From Podarcis bocagei (taxonomy: Eukaryota), in assembly GCA_964188305.1 (NCBI GenBank), contig OZ076885.1: DNA of 64,000 nucleotides; one strand, written 5' to 3'. A program made the position numbers and the translations under genes. Each line of letters starts with the position of its first letter. The first letter of the stretch is position 1. Positions 12,251 through 23,842 of this stretch are shown piece by piece. The notes beneath the pieces are model-generated. The model was given only the letters and a program-made list of their open reading frames with translations, was not told the DNA's origin and did not search any database.

Positions 12251-12654
12251 GTTTTCCTTCTAATTTAATGGTTATGATTCGGGGGCGGGGGGGGGGATGT
12301 ATATATCTGCATGTACAACACCTTAGCCTTAAGTCCTTTGCTTCTCCAGCCACGTTTCTTTTGCTTAATTCTGTTTAAAAATGCACTTATTATTTATTAA
12401 ACGTATGGGGCAACCTTCACCCGAAGACCCCGAAGGGCAGTTCAAGACAGAAAAATACAGGATGGGGATACAAAACACATAAAACAGTTCTCTTGCTTTT
12501 TCTGTAACTTGTAAACTCTTAATAAATATCTTTTAAAAAAACCAAAAAACACATAAAACAGAAACAAGCCAGTAAACACTTTCACAAACACATTTCAAAA
12601 GCCGAATGCCTGGTTGAAGGGAAACATTTTTACCTGTCACATAAAGATATGTGG

Positions 12655-13485
12655 TTTGGGAGCTGCACGGTCAGGGAAGAAAACAGTGCTGTCCAGGGTT
12701 GTAAAGATGGCGGAGAGAATAATTGGGCGCACTCTTCCCACCTTGGATCAAATCTATGCTTCCAGGTACCATAAGAAAGCTGCAGAGATAGCGCAGGATA
12801 GTGCGTACCCCAGAAATGACCTCTTTCAGCTTCTGCCTTCTGGAAGAAGGTACAGGGTTAGAAAGACTAGGACTAGCCGCCTGAGAAACAGTTTCTATTC
12901 AAATGTGATTTTGGTTTTTAACGCAGTGTAAGGAGTCTCTGGGGGACGCGAGTGGCGCTGTGGGTTAAACCACAGAGCCTAGAACTTGCCGATCAGAAGG
13001 TCAGCGGTTCGAATCCCCGTGACAGGGTGAGCTCCCGTTGCTTGGTCCCTGCTCCTGCCAACAAAGTAGTTTGAAAGCACCTCAAAGTGCAAGTAGATAA
13101 ATAGGTACCGCTCCGGCGGGAAGGTAAACGGCGTTTCCGTGCGCTGCTCTGGTTCGCCAGAAGCGGCTTAGTCATGCTGGCCACATGACCTGGAAGCTGT
13201 ACGCCGGCTCCCTCGGCCAATAAAGCAAGATGAGCGCTGCAACCCCAGAGTCGGTCACGACTGGACCTAATGGTCAGGGGTCCCTTTACCCTTACCTTTT
13301 AAGGAGTCTCTATAGGAGTGTATTGTATTTTTAAAATGGGGTATCAGAGTTTTTAGGGGGCTAACCAGGCTGGGATAGCTGGGATAGCAGACTTGTTGGT
13401 TTTGAATATCTTATGTAGATTTTTTTTTTCAATTTCCTTGTTCCGTATGGGACAATGACAATAAAGATTATCGTATCGTATTGTA
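12655..13485 (+). mobile_element. Rex1/Babar LINE 3' fragment interrupted by a Sauria SINE
   Basis: 'RVVKMAERIIG...LFQLLPSGRRYR...RTSRLRNSF' motif; AATAAA plus short tandem tail at ~13460. Confidence 0.8.
12941..13299 (+). mobile_element. Sauria SINE, full length
   Basis: GGGACGCG..TGGCGCTG head, (ACCTTT)n tail, 12-bp TSD TAAGGAGTCTCT. Confidence 0.95.
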
Positions 13486-13771
13486 ACTTGTTTCACAGTA
13501 AGCATATACACTGGGCTGCAAAAGTATTCTGTCTCGGCATTGGTTTGCAAATGTGTGAACAAATCGCTTGATTTCTCTACACTTTTGTCTGGTCTATGCA
13601 ATGCATCCATGTGGTAGAGCAGAGGAAGTCCCTTCAGACTCCAAAGGGGCCTGGAGTATAAGTCAGTGCAAACATAAAAGCAATATAATGATGGTAGAGT
13701 ATTTTGCAAATATAAAGGATGATAATGGCAGACTTTTCTTTTTCTGAACAACTGGCAGGACTGCCTGAAAA

Positions 13772-13913
13772 ATGTCACTTCAGGCACTTGAAGAAACATC
13801 CATTTCCTTCACAAGTGAAGTCAGGGAACGGATGAAGGAAAAGAAAAATGGTGCATTGAAGACGGCAAAGCTGAATGCTTCTCTTGCATCAAAGATCAAA
13901 ACAAAAACAATAA
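13772..13913 (+). CDS. SGO2: SGO2-like coding exon 1 (MSLQALEE...[18 protein letters not shown])
   Basis: Acceptor at 13758, gtaagt donor; matches human SGO2 '[18 protein letters not shown]'. Confidence 0.9.
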
Positions 13914-14057
13914 GTAAGTGGCAGTATTTAAAGATAATTTGCTATGCTTGAGCTCTGGCGCTTCACTGGAGACCTGGACTATTCTATTGGGGTGAGTTAT
14001 AAGACAAGAGTTGCTGACCTTTTACAGCCTAAGTGAATGTGACTAAAGTGGTCATCA

Positions 14058-14480
14058 AACTATGGACTATATGGAATTGGCAGAAATGACTGGCAGAATC
14101 CGAGACCAGGGAGAAGAGTCGGTGGAAGAAGTCTGGAAGAAATTTAAAGACTATCTACAGAAATATTGTAAAATTAATGAATGATAGAATGATGTTGGAT
14201 AGCAACTAAGGGGTTTCCAGCTGTAATGATTTAAGGGAATATGAAAAAAGGGTTATAAATGGGTTAAAATCTAATGGTAAGGATTTGCTGAACCAATAAA
14301 TTGAAGTGGAATACAAAAAAGGGAGGTATGAGGAGGTCCGGGAAATAAGTTAAAAGAAAATAAGTAAAAGGAAAAATGTATGTTTTTAACTGTTTTTATT
14401 TTGTATTTTTCTTTTTTTCTTTTTCATTTTTACTGTTATATTTCAAAAAATTTTAATAAATATTTTATAAAAAAAATAAA
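14058..14480 (+). mobile_element. L1-like LINE 3' end, same family as 10167-11620
   Basis: Near-identical to 11215-11620; flanked by AAAGTGGTCATCAAACT direct repeats. Confidence 0.85.
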
Positions 14481-14520
14481 GTGGTCATCAAACTCATGCA
14501 TACATACTGCACTTACACAC

Positions 14521-14630
14521 AGAATCATAGAATTGTAGAGAGTCTAGTCCAACCCCCTGCAATTCAGGAATCTCAGCTAAAGCATCCATGACAGATGGCA
14601 ATCCAACTCCTGCTGAAAAACCTCCAACAG
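14521..14630 (-). mobile_element. Old CR1 3' end
   Basis: AGAATCATAGAATTGTAGAG tail and TCCAACCCCCTGC. Confidence 0.6.
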
Positions 14631-14638
14631 GTTGGCAC

Positions 14639-14682
<44 letters not shown>

Positions 14683-14857
14683 GCGCACACTCATCACTGT
14701 CAACAATGGGCTGAGGCGAGAGGTTTAAATCCATCACATGGCTGGGCTATGGGGCGATTTCCCCATCACAGAGCTGAGCTTGCATGCTGGAAAGGTTTAA
14801 TCTTCAACCGCAAGCACAGCCAATATAGGGCATTATCAGAACAAAAGCCTTATAGGA

Positions 14858-15116
14858 CCGTATTTTTTGCTCTATAAGACTCACTTTTTCCCTCCTAAAA
14901 AATAAGGGGAAATGTGTGTGCGTCTTATGGAGCGAATGCAGGCTGCACAGCTATCCCAGAAGCCAGAACAGCAAGAGGGATCGCTGCTTTCGCTGCACAA
15001 TGATTCCTCGTGCTGTTCTGGCTTCTGAGATTCAGAATATTTTTCTTCTTGTTTTCCTCCTCCAAAAACTAGGTGCATCTTGTGGTCTGGTGTGTCTTAT
15101 AGAGCGAAAAATACGG
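14858..15116. mobile_element. TcMar-Tc2-type MITE
   Basis: CCGTATTTTTTGCTCTATAAGAC...TCTTATAGAGCGAAAAATACGG TIRs. Confidence 0.85.
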
Positions 15117-15772
15117 TATTTCCCCCTACCTGTTCCGCACAGCAAAACCACAGATGGTGCAGCTTGAGTTGGTTATACAGATGGAGTGCTGTGTATTTGC
15201 ATGAGTCTGGTTTAGGGAATGCCAGCCTTGGTGTTGCTGCATATCCCTGCAATGTGGAGAAACACTAGGTTTCAGTAAATGGAGGGAGGAGGAGAGAAGA
15301 TGATAACCCAGCTGTTAGCAGGATTGGGGAAGATTTGACCACTCAAGAAAAATGGCACAGGAAGTGATTTATAAGTATCACCACTGCCCTTAGCTGTGTT
15401 TTCAGTCCCAGTGCAGTGGCATTTGACAGTTCTTTGGCATTTTTGTGTTCTCTGAAAAAGATGTATGATTTATGGCATAGGTCTTATGACTCTAAACAGC
15501 AGCATAATCATAGCAATTGAAACTGCATTTGTTCAACCTTGCCAAGCCACTGCTGATTGCCCAGGGGGAGACCAGTAAGAATTTGCTTCATAATACACAG
15601 CATAAGTCTGTGGTAGGGTACACAGGTTTCCTATGTTGATTGGAGCTCACCTACCAATTTTGGCTGCCGACTTCTGTTCTTGTCTTGATAAGGCAAAATT
15701 TTGGAAGGGGTTGGCCACTAAAGCTAACAAAAACCACCCATTTTCTCTCTCTCCCTCTTTTGAAAAATACAG

Positions 15773-15948
15773 ATAACTCCTCTATAATTAAGTTCTCCCT
15801 AAAACAGAACAACAAAGCGTTGGCTTTAGCTCTCAATGGTGCAAAGGGAGCTAGTCAAAGACTAACTGCTGAAAAGATGCTACTGCAAAAAGAAGTGGAA
15901 TCGTGTCACTTTGAAAATGCTTCACTGCGCCGAAAGCTCTTCTCTGTG
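15773..15948 (+). CDS. SGO2: SGO2-like coding exon 2, N-terminal coiled coil ([20 protein letters not shown]...[10 protein letters not shown]...[10 protein letters not shown])
   Basis: ag/gt sites, 176 nt; matches human 'NSSIFKISLKHNNRALAQAL...[16 protein letters not shown]'. Confidence 0.93.
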
Positions 15949-16064
15949 GTACGGTATTTGCAGCCATGTTATTTGTCTCTGCGGTAACTGGAACCTTTTC
16001 TTCAATGGTGCATAAACCAGGGGTAAAACTAGGCTTTATTTTACCCAGTTCAAAGACCCAGTTT

Positions 16065-16101
<37 letters not shown>

Positions 16102-16665
16102 CCATTAGCATTTTGGAAGGGTGTAACGAGGAATTGTGTGTCTTGAGTCACAGAAGGCTGGATTAGGGAACCTTGGTCAAGGGGATACACACATTGACAT
16201 GGCATATCCTACAAATACTTGATAAGGCCCATGAGAACCAAAGTCATAAGAAACAAGAGAGGCAAGTGTAGAGAAACAAATTTTGTTAAATTTTGGAAGC
16301 TCTTGTTACTAATTTATGGATTAAGATTCATGGATTAATTAATAGATCATGCATACTTTACAACACAGAGATAAAATCATATTTAAAACTATAAAAGAAC
16401 CCATGGGGAAATTATTAGGAATGTTATTTATGTTAATTTGTATACTGCCCCTCTTCCAAAGGTTTCAGGGCACTTCACAGCATTAAAATTCAAAATGAAA
16501 ACACAGAATTCATAATAAAAAGAGGAACATTATTCTAATTGCTTCTTTGAAAATACTGTAAAGAGTCTTTAACCTAAGCTTTCCAATGCTTATTAGGCCT
16601 GGTTTGCTTGTTTTTTATTTAAACTCGATAGGTTTAAAAATGTTAACCCTTTTGTTTGTATGCAG

Positions 16666-16792
16666 AACAAATCTATTCATGAACTGCACCAATATATGAA
16701 CAGCCACTTGCAAATAGCAATCAAGCTGAGCAGACCTCAGGATGAAGAGGATGACACTGCATTGGCACGTGATCGGGACACGCCTTTGGGTG
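16666..16792 (+). CDS. SGO2: SGO2-like coding exon 3 (NKSIHELHQYMNSHLQIAIKLSRPQDEEDD...)
   Basis: tgcag acceptor; similar to human 'NKKLIDIEALMNNNLITAIEMS'. Donor at 16789 or 16792, both phase 1. Confidence 0.75.
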
Positions 16793-17265
16793 GTATAATA
16801 GAGCTTTTATCATATAATTACTTCTACTTTGGCTGTATGCGGCAGATATCTGGCAGGCAACCCCAATAACCTTCAAACATCTCTTGAAAACCTTTTTATA
16901 TGCTGACAAATCTATTTGTTGAATTTCTTTTTAGGTGAGCCACTCATTCTTGTGATGATTCTCTATTTTATGATTTTTATTTTGTGCACCTCCTTGATAT
17001 GTTATGTGAGTGGGCGGGATATAAATACTTCCATAAATTAAACATAGCACCCTCTGTATGAGTGAGAGACACATGTTAACTGGAAAGCCATATACTTGGG
17101 ATGGCCACATCTGTGGTCTTGGGAGTAAGCCTACTCAGTGGGATTTACTTCTGAGTAACCATGTATAAGATCAGGCTGCAATTTATTAATTGCCTGAGCT
17201 TATGTGGCACTGAGGTTGTCTCTTCCGTCTAACTACAGATGTGGTACAGAATCATTTGAGGACTA

Positions 17266-18377
17266 CCGTATTTTTCGCCCTATAAGATGCACTTTTTCCG
17301 CTCCAAAAATGAAGGGGAAATGTGTGTGTGTCCTATGGGGCGAATGCAGGCTTTCCCTGAAGCCTGGAGAGCGAGAGGGGTCCGTGCGCACCGATGCCTC
17401 TCGCTCTCCAGGCTTCAGGAAGCTATCCCAAGTCTTGCAAGCCCGGCGGGATGTCCCGCGGGCTCGCAAGGCTTGCGGGCAGCAGCCTGCACCCAAAAGC
17501 TGGGGACAGCGGGGAGGCGCAGAGCCGCCACCCCGCTATTCCCCGACCTGAACTGGAGGCTGGCGGGGGGAGAAGCAAGCCTGCTTCTCCCCCACACCAG
17601 CCCCACAAGCTCGCGGGATAGGGGGATGGCGAAGCCCCGCCATCCCCCTATTCCCCGACCTGATCTGGAGGCTGGGGGTGGGAGAAGCAAGCTTGCTTCT
17701 CCCCCCCCCCCCAGCCCCACAAGCTCGGGGGATAGGGGGATGGCGAAGCGCCGCCATCCCGCTATTCCCCGACCTGATCTGGAGGCTGGGGGTGGGAGAA
17801 GCAAGCCTGCTTCTCCCCCCCGCCAGCCCCACAACCTCCAGATCAGGTCGGGGAATAGCGGGATGGCAGCGCTCCGCCATCCCCCTATTCCCCGACCTGA
17901 TCTGGAGGCTGGCGGGGGGGAGAAGCAAGCCTGCTTCTCCCCCCCCCCGCCAGCCCCACAAGCTCGGGGGATAGGGGGATGGCGGAGTGCCGCCATCCCG
18001 CTATTCCCTGACCTGATCTGGAGGCTGGCGGGGGGAGAAGCAATCCTGCTTCTCCCCCCGCCAGCCCCACAAGCTGGGGGATAGTGGGCCAAGCTGTCCC
18101 TGAAGGCAGAAGAGGGAGACGGAGCACTCCATCTCCCTCTTCTAGCTTGGGATGGTTGCGCAAAGCCTCTGCTGGGCAGCGCAGTGCGCTGCCCCACAGA
18201 GGCTTGGGAGGCTGTCCCTGAAGGCAGAAGAGGGAGACGAAGTGCTCCGTCTCCCTCTTCTAGCTTGGGGATGGCTGCGCAAACCTGGGGGGAAATCAAT
18301 TTTTTTCCTTTGATTTCCCCCCTCAAAAAATAGGTGCGTCCTATGGGCCGGTGCGTCTTATAGGGCGAAAAATACGG
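17266..18377. mobile_element. TcMar-Tc2-type non-autonomous element with internal ~120-bp repeats
   Basis: TA|CCGTATTTTTCGCCCTATAAGA...TCTTATAGGGCGAAAAATACGG|TA. Confidence 0.9.
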
Positions 18378-19295
18378 TATTTCCAGTTACTCCTGGCTCA
18401 ACCTGACACTGGAACGTACTTTGCAGTGCAAGATGGGAATCTGCGTCTTATGTATTTATTTACTGTGCCGTTGGGTGCTGGCAGTATACCAGTCAGGAAT
18501 GCACAATTCTGTTCCTTTTCAGTACTGGGCAATAGGTTCAGTGTGCATCATGCTTAATTATTCTCTTACAATCCTGTGAGCATTTGGGGGAAGAAATAAG
18601 AGCCAAATCTCTATAACCTTGTCTTTAGGGTTTGTTTAGTCCCAAGTGATGGTCCTTTAACTTAAGTCAGTTGTGGGCTGTGGATAAGGAATGGCAAGCA
18701 CATTTGGCCAAGACTATATCGTGGAGGTCTGGATGGAACCCCACCTATTGCATCAGACTGTGAGTGTTACACTCAATGTAGGCAACATTGAAAGGCATAG
18801 CTTTGCCTGTCTTCAGTACCAAATACCATTTTTCCTAAGCAGGCACTTTTTTTTTCTGATGAGGGCTGTGTTCCCACGAGGGAATTACATGTCAGCTGGC
18901 AGAAGATCTGAGTGGGGACAGAGTAGAAAGTAGGCAGGGCTGCTTCCCCCCTTTTCTCTTTCTGCTGCCACCTTCCTTCTTCTCACTCCCCCTTCATGCA
19001 ATGGGAGCCACAGCTTGTTTTGCCTGAGGTTTCATCAGATTGCTTGCAGTGGGCTTTTGGAGTTAGGTCTAGAATTGTATAAAAGAATGCCTTGCTGTTT
19101 GACGTGTGCTTTAAAGAACAGCAAAGACTTCGTGCCCGATCTAAGTGCCATTTGATGGTTGCCACCAAAAAGCTTTTGTAATTACAGAATGGGCATAGAT
19201 GTCAACACACACACACACAATTAGAAACAATTTTATGCACGCTTATGTGGGTTAGAAAGCTGGCTTGTTGAAGCTAACTAGATTCACCACTAACT

Positions 19296-19543
19296 GCAGC
19301 CAGTGTGGTGTAGTGGTTAGAAGCGATAGACTCGTAATCTGGGGAACCGGGTTCGCGTCCCCGCTCCTCCACATGCAGCTGCTGGGTGACCTTGGGCTAG
19401 TCACACTTCTCTGAAGTCTCTCAGCCCCACTCACCTCACAGAGTGTTTGTTGTGGGGGAGGAAGGGAAAGGAGAATGTTGGCAGCTTTGAGACTCCCTAG
19501 GGTAGTGATAAAGCGGGATATCAAATCCAAACTCCTCTTCTTC
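19296..19543 (+). mobile_element. tRNA-derived CORE-type SINE (Squam3-like)
   Basis: A box TGGTGTAGTGG, B box GGTTCGCGTCC, GGGTGACCTTGGGC core, (CTT)n tail; near-identical inverse copy at 28469. Confidence 0.85.
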
Positions 19544-19865
19544 TAACTACAGTTTCCGGTTCAGACAACATGGGACGCCACAATTAACTGAAAATGGAAA
19601 CAAATGCTTCTGAACTCCTTGGTTGTGCAAGGGAAATGAAAAATGCATGAGTCCAGGAAGCGGCTAGGCTCATTTGCATACTAAACATTGCCATTGTTTA
19701 GTATAATGTCTGAATATTAATTGTGGGGCATGGCGCACAATGTGAAGTGGGGGGGAGGGTTGTGGCTTTAAAGCCCTATTTGTGGGCTTCCTGGAAGCAT
19801 CTGCCTGGTCTCTGTTGGAAATGAGATGGGCCCTTGGTTTGACTGAGAACTACTTTTCTTGCTTT

Positions 19866-20047
19866 CTTAGATAGATATCTTTATTGTCATTGTCCCATGC
19901 AGAACAATGAAATTGAAAAACTACATAAAACTACATAAAAACTACATAAAACTACTGCAGAACTACATAAAACATTCAAAAACCCCTAAGAACTCTAAAA
20001 CCCCATTTTAAAATACACTATACTATAGAGACCCCTTATGCTGCGTT
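19866..20047 (-). mobile_element. Rex/Babar-like 3' UTR fragment with (AAAACTACAT)n
   Basis: Reverse complement resembles 13312-13480 (GGGACAATGACAATAAAGAT). Confidence 0.6.
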
Positions 20048-20137
20048 TATTGCACAAGCTTAATGGAATGTTCATGGATTCTTTAAAAAAAAGCAAGTTT
20101 GTGTTCACCTACTAAATTCAGCTATTTGTCATTGTAG

Positions 20138-22261
20138 GAAACCTTTTGAGAACACAACAATGTCCCAGGAGCGGCTTGCTGTCTGTCCTGAATAATAGTT
20201 CACCTCTGCAGCACTGTGAGGTGACTACGGCACCACTCATTGGTAGCGTGTTGTTATCAGGTGGTCACGTGACTCAGAGGAAGAAACGCAGAATAAGCTC
20301 ATCAGCTGCATCTGGAGGTGATTCTCAAAAGAAGTCCTCAGAGATGCTTCAGTGGACAAAGGAATCGGAGCAGGCTGTTAAAGAGTATTTTGAAGTCGGT
20401 CAGGTTGGTGAGCTTTTGGCACCAGACACCAATGATAAAAGCTGTGAGACGATCAAAGCCAATGAAACCACAGCTGTAAAAAAAGTGAGTATGGGGAATG
20501 TGCACAGGAGGTCTTCTGCTGTCAGGCAGTCCAAAGGACATTTGGTTAATTATAACAGTGGAATAAGGAATACTTTTGTGGTAGTACCATACAAAACCTC
20601 TGAATCGAACAGTAGCGCGATGACAATTCCGGAACCTGCACGTCACACTGAAGAGTCAAGTCAAGTCGATTCTCTGGAAGAAAGACCACCACTGAACATC
20701 TGCAGTCAGAAGGAGGCGGATAGTACCCAGCCCCGTGATAAAGGCAGAGGTTGCAGATTGACATATGTAGTGCACCAGACTATTCCAAAGCAGGTAGATG
20801 ACTGCAACACTTTGACTCAGGAAATTGAAAAAAGAACATTCTTGGGAAAAATGAAGAATTCAGAAAGTCAGTTCCAAAATCCAGATACTATCTCATTAAG
20901 CAATAAACTACAAGATAAAAAGAGCCATGCCTGCAATGTGAAACATACTTCCCAGTGTTCTGAGAAAACCAGGGATTGCAGAAGGACCTATGTAGTGGAC
21001 CAGACTTCTCTAAGCAATGTAGATGACAGCAATGCTTTGACTCAGGGAATTGAAAAAAGAACATTCTTGGAAAAAATGAAGAATTTAGAAAGTCAATTCC
21101 AAAATCCAGATACTATTTCATTAAGCAATGTGAAACATACTTCCCAGTGTTCTGAGAAAACCAGGGATTGCAGAAGGACCTATGTAGTGGACCAGACTTC
21201 TCTAAGCAATGTAGATGACAGCAATGCTTTGACTCAGGAAATTGAAAAAAGAACATTCTTGGGGAAAATGAAGAATTCAGAAAGCCAGTTCCAAAATCCA
21301 GATACTATCTCATTAAGCAATAAACTACAAGATAAAAAGAACCATGCCTGCAATGTGAAACATGCTTCCCAGGGTTCTGATAAAACCAGGAGTTGTAGAA
21401 GGACCTCTGTGTTAGAGCTAGGCCCTTTAGATTATCAGAACAATTCTGCTCCCCTTGCACATGAAGGAAATGCACCCTCAGAAAACTTAGAGGATCGAGG
21501 AATTGTGTTCCGAAGTCCGGAGCTTAGTTTGTTAAGCAACAAGGCACCACTGCATGCTCTTGGTACAAAACAGTTGGTTGGTTTCCAAAAGCAGATTCCT
21601 GGCAAAGAAGCAACACTGGATCTGAATGTGAAGCATAAAAAACCCAAGAAGGCAACCCAGGAAATTTGTTTACAACAGGAGATCAGTGAGATGGAGCTAC
21701 AGAGCTTCAGTGTTGATGTGCAGCCTCAAGAAACCAAGGCTAAAGAAGGGCACAAACACAAAACAGTTAAAGCGGGGAAGGATAATGCAGGGAAAGAACA
21801 TGGGGAAACAGACACGGGTCTGAGTGCTCAAGGAGCCAATAAAAGGAAGAGGAAGAATTTGAGTTTCACTTCTCAATCGACAAGTCAAGCAGATGCAACC
21901 CCTGTTTTCTCTCTAGGGAATGTGCATTCCGCATTTCGAGGTTCAGGTTCCAGGACTCAGCAAGATTCTTTCCATAGGGATCTTCCTAAGGCTTCGCCTC
22001 AGGCTGATTCTATGGCTGTATGTCCCAAAACTCCTGAGTCTTCCGCAGTTGGTCTTTCTAAGACCACCTTACCGCATTCTTGTAGTTCTGTTCAGTCACA
22101 TTCTGCACTTCAAGATCAAGTGAGCCCAGAAAGAAACTCGTCTCTGCCCAAAGTCTCAACAGCTTTAAAAAATGATTCAAAGCAAGTGGCTTCTGGCAGA
22201 TGTGAGAAAAAGACAGCACATGCAATTCCTGAAACCTTGCAAAACACAGCACAAGGAAAAG
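20138..22261 (+). CDS. SGO2: SGO2-like large central exon (708 codons)
   Basis: 2124-nt open exon, tgtag acceptor, gtgagt donor, phase 1-1; 'VTQRKKR' corresponds to human 'VTERKKR'; R-x-T-[FY]-V motifs. Confidence 0.88.
20752..21420 (+). repeat. In-frame coding tandem repeat, units of 225, 192 and 225 nt
   Basis: Unit starts at 20752, 20977, 21169 and 21394 (fourth unit degenerate). Confidence 0.92.
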
Positions 22262-23117
22262 GTGAGTGATGAAAAGGGGCTGTTGATAGGAGGTTCAATA
22301 GGTGAATTGCGGTGGGGTGCGTGAAGCCCTCCATCTAAATCTTGACATTCACCTCTTTCTGTGTGCATATCTGTGCACTCCTATTGGGTTTGCTTGATTT
22401 AAGCTAACCTGAAGATCTGGTTTTCTCCCCCAACCAGCCCAGAGCTTTTATTGCTCTGCACCTAAAATGAAAGCTAGACTGCAGTATAGTGGCAGCTCAC
22501 TGTGAGAAAGCTCAGGAAAGCAAAAGGCCTATGGTCAGATGGAGGTTTGTCCCATACATGTACTAGACATTTGCCAATGCAAAAAGTGAAGAAACAGATG
22601 GTTTTTTTACTTGTTTTCTTCACTGTGACTGGAGGGGGATGGGAGTCCAGCTAAGAAACACAATAGCTGCTTTGTGCTCCCTTACAATATCCACAAATTG
22701 CCCAAAGCCAAGAATCAAAGATGCGAGTAAAGGATAGTGTGCTGGTTTTATCTCCTGCCTCTTAACCTTGTGTGAATTATTACTATTAGGTATTAAGGGC
22801 ATGTCCACAAAGGAACTTCCTTTGCTGCTGTGCTTCTGCTTTAGTGGAAGAAGAGAAGTATAGGAAGGAATATTTATGTTAAAGAGGTGCCCTGAAATCC
22901 AGAGATGTTTTGCACAAGTTGCATGTGTGAATCTCTGAATGATACCTTGTCTGGGAAATAAACCTGCACCTTTGGGAACAGGAGAACATTAGTAACCACT
23001 TGCTGTTGGGAACCATGTGGAATTTAAACTACTGCTTTTGAAATAAAACCCAATTTGGTAGCCAAGCAGGCCTAACATTGAATTCTCAATTGACTCTGCA
23101 TGTTCAGAGTTTAGAAA

Positions 23118-23462
23118 TGCAGGTGGTGCTGTGGTCTAAATCACTGAGCCCAGGGCTTGCCGATCAGGTCAGCGGTTCGAATTCCTGTGAAGGGGTGAGC
23201 TCCCGTTGCTCTGTCCCTGCTCCTGCCAACCTAGCAGTTCGAAAGCACGTCAAAGTGCAAGTAGATAAATAGGTACCGCTCTGGCGGGAAGGTAAACGGC
23301 ATTTCCGTGTGCTGCTCTGGTTCACCAGAAGCGGCTTAGTCATGCTGGCCACATGACCTGGAAGCTGTACACTGGCTCCCTCGGCCAATAAAGTGAGATA
23401 AGCGCCACAACCCCAGAGTCGTCTGCGACTGAACTTAACGGTCAGGGGTCCTTTACCTTTAC
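23118..23462 (+). mobile_element. Sauria SINE
   Basis: Same body as 12941-13299. Confidence 0.92.
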
Positions 23463-23542
23463 TCTGAGTTTATTTATTTTTAATAGGTTTAAAGTTAGGC
23501 TCAGTGTAGCTTAAGCAGTGATCAATTCCTGACTCTTCACAG

Positions 23543-23651
23543 AGAACAAGGTCCTGCAAGATTCAACCAATTCTGTACCTCTGGAATCACCTCCAACACG
23601 GCCAAGAAGACAGACAAAAGAAGTTCGCTATGCACTGCCCAAGATTAACAC
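23543..23651 (+). CDS. SGO2: SGO2-like exon, first half of SGO motif (ENKVLQDSTN...PRRQTKEVRYALPKINT)
   Basis: cacag acceptor, gttagt donor; 'LQDSTN' corresponds to 'LQDLSN'. Confidence 0.85.
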
Positions 23652-23842
23652 GTTAGTATTCTGTTTGATGCCGAGTGCCCTTTTATAAGAGAGGGAGTCG
23701 AAATATAGATCATGGGAATCCTGTGCTGTCTGTGGCCTGAAACCTTGACTGTCTTGCTGCGGGTGCTGTTTCCCGGAATATAAAAATCAAAAACAGTCTG
23801 TGTACAACAAATTATATTGCTTCTCTCTCTTCTCTGCTGCAG

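Noticed and set aside
17287-18326. 265-aa and 303-aa ORFs
   Set aside because: They lie within GC-rich MITE repeats, are open on both strands and have no protein-like features.
17239-18420. Possible SGO2-like exon split by the Tc2 element (ctacag acceptor at 17238)
   Set aside because: The rejoined translation shows no recognisable shugoshin similarity.
19296-19370. tRNA-like A and B boxes
   Set aside because: Head of a SINE with core and tail, not a tRNA gene.
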